From an uncultured virus (IMG/VR IMGVR_UViG_3300037488_003510) (taxonomy: Duplodnaviria; Heunggongvirae; Uroviricota; Caudoviricetes): DNA of 20,000 bases. The notes under the pieces were generated by a model. The model did not search any database. It worked only from the letters and a program-made list of their open reading frames with translations, and had not been told where the DNA came from. Numbering within the stretch: position 1 is the stretch's first letter; every line of letters begins with the position of its first letter. The position numbers were made by a program, and so were the translations under genes. Positions 1 through 6,959 of this stretch are shown one piece after another. The DNA lies in IMG/VR virus record IMGVR_UViG_3300037488_003510; one strand, given 5' to 3'.

Positions 1-220
1 CACTCTGCCTGCTAAAGATTGTCTGGGCCATGGAACTTGAAATTGCAATGCACCTGTATGACGACTTGACCGATATGACATGAGAAAAAGTCCAAGTCGC
101 AGGATGCATAGCTTTCAGTCGCCCTTCGGAAAAGCTAACCCCCTCAACCTTTCCAGAATGGTCCCACAGCACATAACCGGAATGACAACCGACATCTCTC
201 ATCTGCGCCAAAGTCAGCAT
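1..220 (-). CDS. Hypothetical protein, partial (runs off the left edge)
   Basis: Not in the ORF track. Hand translation from ATG at 220 (GGAGG 6 nt upstream) gives MLTLAQMRDVGCHSGYVLWDHSGKVEG..., open to base 1; same strand as neighbours. Confidence 0.6.
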   Translation of the reverse strand, partial: MLTLAQMRDVGCHSGYVLWDHSGKVEGVSFSEGRLKAMHPATWTFSHVISVKSSYRCIAISSSMAQTIFSRQS

Positions 221-242
221 ATTCATCCTCCGAATGGTGGTC

Positions 243-500
243 TTAGGCAGATGGCAGCAAGTGCGAGTTGCAGTGGATCTCAAACACCACGATATCCGAT
301 CCTGGCGTCACCTTGGATTTACCTATCACGAAATTCTTGGAATCCACATCCCCGGCCAGACACCAAGGACCAAATCCGTTGGTCCATCGCCCCATGGAAA
401 CCCCTGTGCAGAGAAGCCACTCGGGCAACTCCAGGCCATAATCTAACGATGGCCTGCGCAGCGCCAAACACTTTATCACCTGCTTCTGTACAAGCTTCAT
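243..500 (-). CDS. Hypothetical protein (85 aa)
   Basis: ATG with GGAG Shine-Dalgarno 6 nt upstream; tiles with neighbours. Confidence 0.7.
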   Translation of the reverse strand: MKLVQKQVIKCLALRRPSLDYGLELPEWLLCTGVSMGRWTNGFGPWCLAGDVDSKNFVIGKSKVTPGSDIVVFEIHCNSHLLPSA

Positions 501-536
501 GGCAAACTCCTATTAACCAAAACACACCTGAAATCC

Positions 537-574
537 GAGCTGCCACTTCGCATGCTCCAGCGAAGTGACAGCTC
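537..574 (-). terminator. 15-bp RNA hairpin downstream of 588..1067 (terminator-like or processing/stabilising stem)
   Basis: Minus-strand GAGCUGUCACUUCGC / GCGAAGUGGCAGCUC with an 8-nt loop; the single DNA mismatch is a G-U pair on this strand. Only a weak U tract follows. Confidence 0.6.
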
Positions 575-587
575 ATCGAAACGCTTT

Positions 588-1067
588 CTACTCGACCGAA
601 GCGTCCTTCTTGCTCTTCTTGGCCAGTGCCTTCTTCAGATACTTGGCCCCCTTGACACCCTTCCAACCGGCCTTGGTGTGCTTAAACACGAGTGCCTTGG
701 ACTTCTTCGATGTAGTGCCGGACTCCTTGGACGCCTTGCGAGCCTTGCGATACTTGTTGATCTTGGACTTGGCGACGGTCTTGTGCTCCGAGCAGACCAT
801 GCCGAAGATGGGGGCTGCCACGTTCTTACAACCAGGCACCGGGCAGAACTGCCTCGGTGGCTTCTTGCGCAGCTTCTTGGCTGGCGCAGCACCAGGCACC
901 GTGGCGCGTGCTCCACCACCGATAACCGGCTTGCTCTTCTTGGCCTCCAGTGGCAGACCACCAGAGAAAACCTCATGCAGAATGCCCGCCACCCTCCGAA
1001 CAACACGCTCTTCGATGGACCTAACGAAATGTTCAACACCTTCATCGATGCTCAGATTGAAACTCAT
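588..1067 (-). CDS. Lys/Ala-rich histone-like protein with C-x4-C-x11-C-x2-H zinc motif (VegA-like architecture)
   Basis: Start re-assigned to ATG 1067 (AGGAAAGAGG upstream). N-terminal amphipathic helix, CPVPGCKNVAAPIFGMVCSEH, very basic tail. Confidence 0.75.
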   Translation of the reverse strand: MSFNLSIDEGVEHFVRSIEERVVRRVAGILHEVFSGGLPLEAKKSKPVIGGGARATVPGAAPAKKLRKKPPRQFCPVPGCKNVAAPIFGMVCSEHKTVAKSKINKYRKARKASKESGTTSKKSKALVFKHTKAGWKGVKGAKYLKKALAKKSKKDASVE

Positions 1068-1117
1068 GCGAAATCCTCTTTCCTGTTTGACACGTTGTGA
1101 AAAATTGCGGGTAGACA

Positions 1118-1165
1118 AAGACGCGACTTTCATTTCGATAAAATTCGAAACAAAAGCCGCGTCTT
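1118..1165 (-). other. 21-bp intergenic RNA hairpin
   Basis: Minus-strand AAGACGCGGCUUUUGUUUCGA-AUUUUA-UCGAAAUGAAAGUCGCGUCUU; all 21 positions pair, three by G-U. Confidence 0.75.
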
Positions 1166-1192
1166 CATGGGTTGTTGATGATGTGCGAGATT

Positions 1193-1696
1193 CTACTTGA
1201 GGTGGCCGCGAGGCACCCAGCCGTAGCCGCGACCGTTGCGGTCCTTGACCAAAATCTTGACCGTCTTGCCAACCCCTTGGGCGATTCCCCCGACGATCAG
1301 ATCGGCAGTCTTCTCGACCACGCCCTCGATGTAGGAGTATGCCGCAATGACATCCGGATCATCGACGAACGAAATCGAATCTCCCTCCACAAGAGCGGTC
1401 TTCGCCGCAGGCTTGCCGGCCGGCTCCCACTTGATCTCCTTGAGGCCGATGAACTTCTCGCGCCACGACTCGATCAACGGCACCAGCGCCTTGGCACTCT
1501 CCACCACCTCGGCCGGCGCTCCCCGCTTCGCGGCCTTGTCCGCGATGTCGGCCGCCAACGAAAACACCTTGTCAGCCTTTTCGACCCAGCGCTCGGCCAG
1601 CGTGCCAACCACGCGCTGCTTGCGAGTCTTCGTTCCTTCCGGCTTCTCGGCCTTCGCGGGCTTCTCGGACTTCTCGGACTTGTGATTCTTGGACAT
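1193..1696 (-). CDS. Hypothetical protein (167 aa): K/E-rich N-terminus, helical middle, possible SH3-like C-terminal barrel
   Basis: Start re-assigned to ATG 1696 (AGGAG upstream). GC-rich codon usage; ends ...ILVKDRNGRGYGWVPRGHLK. Confidence 0.8.
   Translation of the reverse strand: MSKNHKSEKSEKPAKAEKPEGTKTRKQRVVGTLAERWVEKADKVFSLAADIADKAAKRGAPAEVVESAKALVPLIESWREKFIGLKEIKWEPAGKPAAKTALVEGDSISFVDDPDVIAAYSYIEGVVEKTADLIVGGIAQGVGKTVKILVKDRNGRGYGWVPRGHLK
1642..1681 (-). repeat. Degenerate 9-nt coding tandem repeat (KSE/KPA/KAE units)
   Basis: Plus strand gcttctcgg, ccttcgcgg, gcttctcgg, acttctcgg. Confidence 0.6.
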
Positions 1697-1757
1697 GATC
1701 GATCTCCTAGTGAACGGGTTTTGCCCTCTCGGGCACCTTCTGAAACCAACAAACTCG

Positions 1758-1786
1758 TTTCTAAACCCACCTAGGCAAGGTGTCAA
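1758..1786 (-). promoter_or_regulatory. Sigma70-type promoter for 1193..1696
   Basis: Minus-strand TTGACA-17 nt-TAGAAA with an AT-rich tract upstream; small GCCC-GAGA-GGGC hairpin in the leader. Confidence 0.6.
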
Positions 1787-1811
1787 CACAAAAATCGTTC
1801 TAGGATGAAAA

Positions 1812-2111
1812 TTATCCCTTGCTCCCCGGCGACCTCCCCTCAAAAGAACATCTCGGGCATACCACCACCCGCACCCGTTCGGCAGGACCTGTCATCTCGT
1901 CGCAGGAGTGACATCGTATTTTTTCCTGTGGTTCCAAGGTTTTAGGCAACTGCCGGTTGGCAAGGTGTGCCATTCTCGCTGCCAGGTGTTGGGTTACGTC
2001 CTTTGAGGTACCTGGCGCCAGATGGGGCGCCAGCATGATCGCAAATTCACCCGCCAGCTTCACCACGCGCTCATCGTAATCAAAGTCGATTTTCAGCTGA
2101 TGTCCCATCAC
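1812..2111 (-). CDS. Hypothetical protein with C-terminal zinc ribbon
   Basis: CHSC...CPRC; start overlaps the stop of the upstream gene. Confidence 0.75.
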   Translation of the reverse strand: MMGHQLKIDFDYDERVVKLAGEFAIMLAPHLAPGTSKDVTQHLAARMAHLANRQLPKTLEPQEKIRCHSCDEMTGPAERVRVVVCPRCSFEGRSPGSKG

Positions 2112-2383
2112 CCAACGTCCTTTCCAACCGTTTTCCGAGGACGCCCAACCTTCGAACGTGGCAGATCGCCCAGATTTATCCCAAGCAACCTCATCCGGTG
2201 GTAAAGATTGGCCCTCTGGAGACCCAAGGACAAAGCTGTCTTGCTCCGGCAGAAACCATTGACTTGCAACGCTTTGATAATGACGATCCTCTCGTAGGAG
2301 GCCATGATTTCAGCCAGCGTTCTAGGTGTCACCCCAGACTCCACAGCTCGTCGCGAACCAGATGTGAACCCAGATTTGGACAT
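2108..2383 (-). CDS. Stand-alone Fis/NtrC-type HTH protein with AT-hook-like GRPRK tail
   Basis: TLAEIMASYERIVIIKALQVNGFCRSKTALSLGLQRANLYHRMRLLGI matches the HTH_8 pattern. ATG 2383 with AGGAGG overlapping the polymerase stop. Confidence 0.85.
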   Translation of the reverse strand: MSKSGFTSGSRRAVESGVTPRTLAEIMASYERIVIIKALQVNGFCRSKTALSLGLQRANLYHRMRLLGINLGDLPRSKVGRPRKTVGKDVG

Positions 2384-2396
2384 ACAAAAAAACCTC

Positions 2397-4547
2397 CTAC
2401 ACAGCGGCAGCCAACATGGACTTCGTGGCAAAGTCAAATCGTGACGTGATGTCCTTCTCAAAGTCAAACCCTTTCGGGTAACAATCCCCAGACTTTAACT
2501 CGTCAATGCTCCAAGGCCTTGTTTCACCGTCCGGATAGTGAAATCTCTTCGACAACATCTCAAACGTCAGGGCTTTAATCACAAGCATCTCAAAAGGTGC
2601 TGTGGTGTAACGACCACCAACCATCGTTCGATACAGCTCGCGTATGCGGGTCATCCTTTGCACGCCAATGCGATCTCCCGCGATGATTTTGTCCAACTTC
2701 TCGAATGCCTGCTTCCCGGAACCAAGAGAAAAACCCTTGGCTTTGTTGAGTTGCTTCGGTTTCCAGGTGCCATCGCGCATAAGCTCGAAGCCCTCACCAC
2801 GGTAGATCTTGGGCGCCACGAACTCGGCCCATTCCATCTTCTTCTCTAGCTTCAAAGCACCTAAATTCTTGTCGTCAATAGGCAAATCAGCCTTGGTGGC
2901 CAATGAGTCAGTGTCGCAATAGTAAAGCTCGTGGCCCTGCCGATAGCACTCCTTAGCATAATCATACAAGGTACGACGTGCAATGGAAGTGATGACCGAG
3001 GCGATGGGTACATGTCGATGGGTGATGGTGGCCTCTTTCTCGGCTAGCCACACACCTGGCTGCATCATCTGCATGCAAGTCCGATCAATCTCCTTGGGAT
3101 TGATGAGCATCTCCTGCTTTGAGGTAGACTCAGCCGTCTTTCCATAGAGACTATTGAGAAGATACTTCAATATCAGTTTTCTGAAATCCGTTGTTGAGTC
3201 TGCCCTCAGCTTGTAGATCTTCCTCGCGTACTCGGCAAAATCGTAGAACGGTTCAAAGATGTAGCACTCGTGAACTTTGTGAAGAATCGCCCCCTCTCTT
3301 AACGCCAGCCGAATGTCCGTCGAGGTGAACCAGGAGCGCCATCTCCCTATGGGAAAGAAAACTCGATTGTCTTTCCGGTAAGGAAGTGGAGGAAGTTGCA
3401 TCTCCGGGACTTCAATAGTCACGTTTGCTAAATAGATACACTCGTCAGAGTCTTCCTCTGGCAGCGAAGTCCGAAACTCAATGAGATTTCCTGGTAAGGG
3501 AAAAGTCATCGAGTATGGAAAGGAGGAGTTGATGTCATACATGAGGAAATCAGTGGCGTTTCGGCTGAGAACCTCCACGCGACTGGCAAAGTAAGACTGT
3601 TGGCAGATTTGGTTGAGGCTCTCGGATGTGAAAATGTCTCGCTTGAGGAAGGCCCTGCGAAACAATGTCATGGCGGTCGAGGCAATTGTCTGTTGGAGTT
3701 GGCCGCCAAGACCGACTATCTCTTCCTCAAAGGCTGCTATGGCCTTCCATAAGATCTCACAGTCCGTCTTGTTGTACTCCGTGAGGATATCCTGTGGCAC
3801 CTCAGCGTAGAAAATGACCTTCTCAGGCTGAGACAACTCTTCGAAGTCAGTAATGGTGCGGCCAAGTCTTTTCGACATCCACGCCTTAGCCTCTTCGGAA
3901 TCTCCTTTTCGAATACCGATAGCTTTGCCAATGGACGATAGCTTGTCGCGCAATAACCAATACGAGTCGCAGAAATGCCAGGCATTCTTCCCGTTAATAA
4001 CGTGAATGATGATTGCTGATGAACCCGAGAAAGACGCCTTGATTTTCCAAGATCCAGAGCAATGCTCATACTCCTTTGTCTTGCCATCGGGTGAGTAAGC
4101 AGTAGAGCTGCGTTCGACTCCTCCCTCAGCAGCGATCTGATTCTTGATTTGTTCAAGCAAGTCGTCGAGCACAAACTGCATATCGGCCAGACCGCCAGCG
4201 TGAGCAAAGAACCAGTTCCCTCGATGCTCTCGCGACAACAGGAAGGTGACGAGGTCGCGTATCGAGCCGAAGCACTTGTACCGCTCCACAAGCTCTGGCT
4301 CTTCGTCTGAGGAGCCGTCGTCCATGTCCACGGCCTGTTGGTCGTAATACCCTGCCAAACGCAGCTGGAGCGGTCCTGTCATGCGTTTCTTGACAGGTAG
4401 GGGCACGCGGCAAGGCGCACGGATACCGTCGATCTGAACCTCGGTATTGATTAGCGCTGGCAGCGCGTCTCCGGGCACCCACTCAAGATCCAACACTCCA
4501 AAACGACGCAGCTTGCGCTCAGTTGTGATCGGATTGAAGACTGCCAA
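2397..4547 (-). CDS. polB: Family B DNA polymerase, protein-primed type (DNA_pol_B_2-like), with 3'-5' exonuclease domain
   Basis: ExoI DLE, ExoII HAGGLAD, DSYWLL, ExoIII YNKTD, motif A DINSSFP, TPR1-like PLPYR...FPIG, motif B KYLLNSLYGK, ITSIAR, motif C YCDTDS, PKIY. TTG start with GAGGA upstream. Confidence 0.93.
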   Translation of the reverse strand: MAVFNPITTERKLRRFGVLDLEWVPGDALPALINTEVQIDGIRAPCRVPLPVKKRMTGPLQLRLAGYYDQQAVDMDDGSSDEEPELVERYKCFGSIRDLVTFLLSREHRGNWFFAHAGGLADMQFVLDDLLEQIKNQIAAEGGVERSSTAYSPDGKTKEYEHCSGSWKIKASFSGSSAIIIHVINGKNAWHFCDSYWLLRDKLSSIGKAIGIRKGDSEEAKAWMSKRLGRTITDFEELSQPEKVIFYAEVPQDILTEYNKTDCEILWKAIAAFEEEIVGLGGQLQQTIASTAMTLFRRAFLKRDIFTSESLNQICQQSYFASRVEVLSRNATDFLMYDINSSFPYSMTFPLPGNLIEFRTSLPEEDSDECIYLANVTIEVPEMQLPPLPYRKDNRVFFPIGRWRSWFTSTDIRLALREGAILHKVHECYIFEPFYDFAEYARKIYKLRADSTTDFRKLILKYLLNSLYGKTAESTSKQEMLINPKEIDRTCMQMMQPGVWLAEKEATITHRHVPIASVITSIARRTLYDYAKECYRQGHELYYCDTDSLATKADLPIDDKNLGALKLEKKMEWAEFVAPKIYRGEGFELMRDGTWKPKQLNKAKGFSLGSGKQAFEKLDKIIAGDRIGVQRMTRIRELYRTMVGGRYTTAPFEMLVIKALTFEMLSKRFHYPDGETRPWSIDELKSGDCYPKGFDFEKDITSRFDFATKSMLAAAV

Positions 4548-4595
4548 TGATTCCTCTGAAAACTCCGCTCACTAAGATGGAAACACAGACCCGTA

Positions 4596-4982
4596 CTAAG
4601 CCTTCTTGCCACCGTTCATGAATTCCCTGCCATTGTTGTACTTCGACTTTCGCTGGATCGCGCGGCCTAGATCTACGTTGAGGGCGACAGCTGCATCCAT
4701 CGCACGTATTACAATGTCAGCTAACTCCTCTTCGAGACATGTCAGATCGCAACCGGGCTTGTCGCAAGGCTGAAACAGTTGTCCTCGACGAGTGGCCTCC
4801 CATAGCTCAGTAACCTCTCCATGTATGTTAGCGCAATACATGGCCATCCTGGGAACCATATCCACGACACCATCATTGTCGTGGAATCCATGCTCACAAG
4901 CAATCCTGTGCATGGAACTGGCAATTCGATTTAGCCCCTTACAATCACTCGCAAGCCCATTATCACCCGAAACTTTCCTCAT
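4596..4982 (-). CDS. MazG-like all-alpha NTP pyrophosphohydrolase
   Basis: IHGEVTELWEA...EEELADIVIRAMD...DLGRAIQRKSKYN; start at ATG 4982 or TTG 4988. Confidence 0.88.
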   Translation of the reverse strand: MRKVSGDNGLASDCKGLNRIASSMHRIACEHGFHDNDGVVDMVPRMAMYCANIHGEVTELWEATRRGQLFQPCDKPGCDLTCLEEELADIVIRAMDAAVALNVDLGRAIQRKSKYNNGREFMNGGKKA

Positions 4983-5006
4983 TGGCAACCATTCCTTTCT
5001 AATATG

Positions 5007-5363
5007 TCATCTACTGTTGCGAACATTCTCAATCATGTAAGCACCTACCAATTCGTGCGAACGAAAGGCGGGTAGCTTGAAAAAATCGCAAAGTGCTGAG
5101 CCTACCGCATCCACGAAACATGGGCTATTAGGCAATAACCATCTATCCTCGACTGGTTCGCAGTAAATCCAACATTCATAATGCATCTGACGAGGAGCAA
5201 ATCGGTTAGTGGAGCCAATCGCGACAATTCTGTATCGCTTGCCATCCAATGCAAATGTAACTCCGTCATCTGCCCATTCAGGTTTCTTCTGACTAACGTA
5301 TCCGCATCCGGGGCACGGAGACTCAGGGTAAAGTGGTGCTACACGACAAAGTTCTCTGTTCAT
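5007..5363 (-). CDS. Hypothetical Cys-rich protein
   Basis: ORF with GGAGGAG upstream; CPGC motif. Confidence 0.7.
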   Translation of the reverse strand: MNRELCRVAPLYPESPCPGCGYVSQKKPEWADDGVTFALDGKRYRIVAIGSTNRFAPRQMHYECWIYCEPVEDRWLLPNSPCFVDAVGSALCDFFKLPAFRSHELVGAYMIENVRNSR

Positions 5364-5399
5364 GCGTAAAGCGAACTCCTCCAGATCTTCAGAGTCTGC

Positions 5400-5840
5400 C
5401 TACCGCATCCAAAGGGACTTCTTGGATGGTTTTAGCGACTTGGTAACTGGGGTGATGGCCGCCTCAACCACAACAAAACGACTACCCTTCTGACATAGAC
5501 TGAGGCGATCTGAAACATAACAAGCCGTGCCTACAGCATTCGCCCATACCTCTAGGTATATTCCTTTGGGGGACAAAATACCAAGGCCAGACCACTTCGC
5601 TAAGTTCGCACTTCCCTTACTCACCCGAACGCTCCCTAAGCATGAAACCGGCTCACTTTCAATTGGTTCCGCCGCTTGCACAGCTTGCCAATCAAAACAC
5701 GGTACAGTTACCCAGTTCGTCGGTGCAAACCAATGACGTCCAAAAGCATCGAGTCCAACAGCCGCCAAAGAAACACCTCCGCTTTTCCAGGATAGTTTGT
5801 AAAGACCTGGGTAAAGTTTCTTAACATCATTCTTGCTCAT
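5400..5840 (-). CDS. Hypothetical protein (146 aa)
   Basis: Start overlaps the upstream stop codon; AGGGA upstream. Confidence 0.75.
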   Translation of the reverse strand: MSKNDVKKLYPGLYKLSWKSGGVSLAAVGLDAFGRHWFAPTNWVTVPCFDWQAVQAAEPIESEPVSCLGSVRVSKGSANLAKWSGLGILSPKGIYLEVWANAVGTACYVSDRLSLCQKGSRFVVVEAAITPVTKSLKPSKKSLWMR

Positions 5841-6106
5841 TTAATCCCTTCTTGACTTGGAACTGAAACCGGCGATATAGGCTCAGCGAACCGTCCATGG
5901 AGACTACTGAGAAGATACTTCTTCAATATCGGGTTCCTAGAATCCGGATAGCGAAATTTCAGAAAATTTTCCAGTGCAACTGGACAAGTATGTGGCCCAA
6001 CATGATCGTCTGGCAATTCACACTGATAACCTGCGCCGTCTCCTTCGCGCGCCAAACACTGTTGACTGTTCAAAAACAAATCCGATTCATCGCTCTCTTG
6101 TAGCAT
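5837..6106 (-). CDS. Hypothetical protein with C...C-x-L-x3-H-x-G-x-H metal-binding motif
   Basis: CLAR...YQCELPDDHVGPHTC; GAGGG upstream. Confidence 0.7.
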   Translation of the reverse strand: MLQESDESDLFLNSQQCLAREGDGAGYQCELPDDHVGPHTCPVALENFLKFRYPDSRNPILKKYLLSSLHGRFAEPISPVSVPSQEGIK

Positions 6107-6138
6107 CGCGTTTCCCTCTGTCAGAATTGAGATAGTTG

Positions 6139-6729
6139 TCAGTATCTTCGGATCTCCCAGACGAGTGTGTTCCTTCCCGGAACATCACCTAGACACCGAT
6201 CATAGATAGAAACCTCCATCACATGCCTTGGATACTGCTCTTTGAGCAACAACCAATCATCGTAAGATGATGGTGTCATTACGCCTCGAAGCATCAAATC
6301 AGAACTCAGCCCCTGAGAGACTCGCGACTCGGTCGCCAAGGCCGTTCTCATCTGCTGAGGTGCTCGGCTGTGTAGGAAATAGCCGAACTGCGAACCAAAC
6401 GGATGAACGTCATTCAAATACTCACCTTGCAAGAGGATACAGTCATCTGGAGCCTGCTCGTTGACCATAATGTCGTTCAGATTCAAACCTTGTTGGAGCC
6501 AGTCATGGACAACATTGTCAACATCTTTGGCTTGCAAGTTGTATCTACACGGCCCTCCTCCTCCACTTGGCAACAACACTCGCAGAACCACCCTCATGCG
6601 GCTGTGGATGGTGAGCCCTCCAGCTGCCTTCCATTCGTCTATGGTCCTCCAGGCGCGCAGCTTGTTGCCATAGGCGCCCGACTGCCAGAGACGATAGTTC
6701 TGACTCTTACGCAAAACTGGATCGGTCAC
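6139..6729 (-). CDS. Hypothetical protein, possible minimal ATP-grasp fold
   Basis: Ordered elements RKSQNY, VVLRVLLPSGGGG, IMVNEQAP, MEVSIY, LVWEIR resemble the ATP-grasp motif order. ORF solid, fold tentative. Confidence 0.55.
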   Translation of the reverse strand: MTDPVLRKSQNYRLWQSGAYGNKLRAWRTIDEWKAAGGLTIHSRMRVVLRVLLPSGGGGPCRYNLQAKDVDNVVHDWLQQGLNLNDIMVNEQAPDDCILLQGEYLNDVHPFGSQFGYFLHSRAPQQMRTALATESRVSQGLSSDLMLRGVMTPSSYDDWLLLKEQYPRHVMEVSIYDRCLGDVPGRNTLVWEIRRY

Positions 6730-6959
6730 CCCTTATCATCCTTCTTAACAGGCGGAAGTTCAATATCACCAATTGTAAAAAACAAGTGATTGCACATTCC
6801 ATCGTAATCCCATTCAACACCTGCCGCGTCCTCAAAGTCTGTGATATCTATTTCATCCCCGTCTGCCTCGTCGCAAAGTCTTTCAAGTTCGCCAAGGCGA
6901 TCTTCCAGTACTTCCACTTCAAGCAAACCGCTGACGTTCACTCCCACCTTAATCTTCAT
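6726..6959 (-). CDS. Small acidic hypothetical protein (77 aa)
   Basis: Start re-assigned to ATG 6959 (ATGA overlap with the thyX stop, GGGGA upstream). Confidence 0.7.
   Translation of the reverse strand: MKIKVGVNVSGLLEVEVLEDRLGELERLCDEADGDEIDITDFEDAAGVEWDYDGMCNHLFFTIGDIELPPVKKDDKG

Noticed and set aside
1084..1102. TTTGACAcgtTGTGAAA as a parS site or plus-strand promoter
   Set aside because: Only 6 of 8 pairs symmetric, does not match the parS consensus, occurs once, and has no properly spaced -10.
1262..1285. AQGVGKT looks like a Walker A motif
   Set aside because: Near the C-terminus of a 167-aa protein with no Walker B or P-loop fold context.
552..1774. Long plus-strand ORFs (552..1100, 565..1200, 1172..1774) and similar antisense ORFs such as 8762..9295
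   Set aside because: Shadows of biased-codon minus-strand genes that have SDs, promoters and protein motifs.
2397..4547. Casposon, pipolin, or intein in polB
   Set aside because: No Cas1, integrase or att site in the window; inserts lack intein C/S...HN termini.
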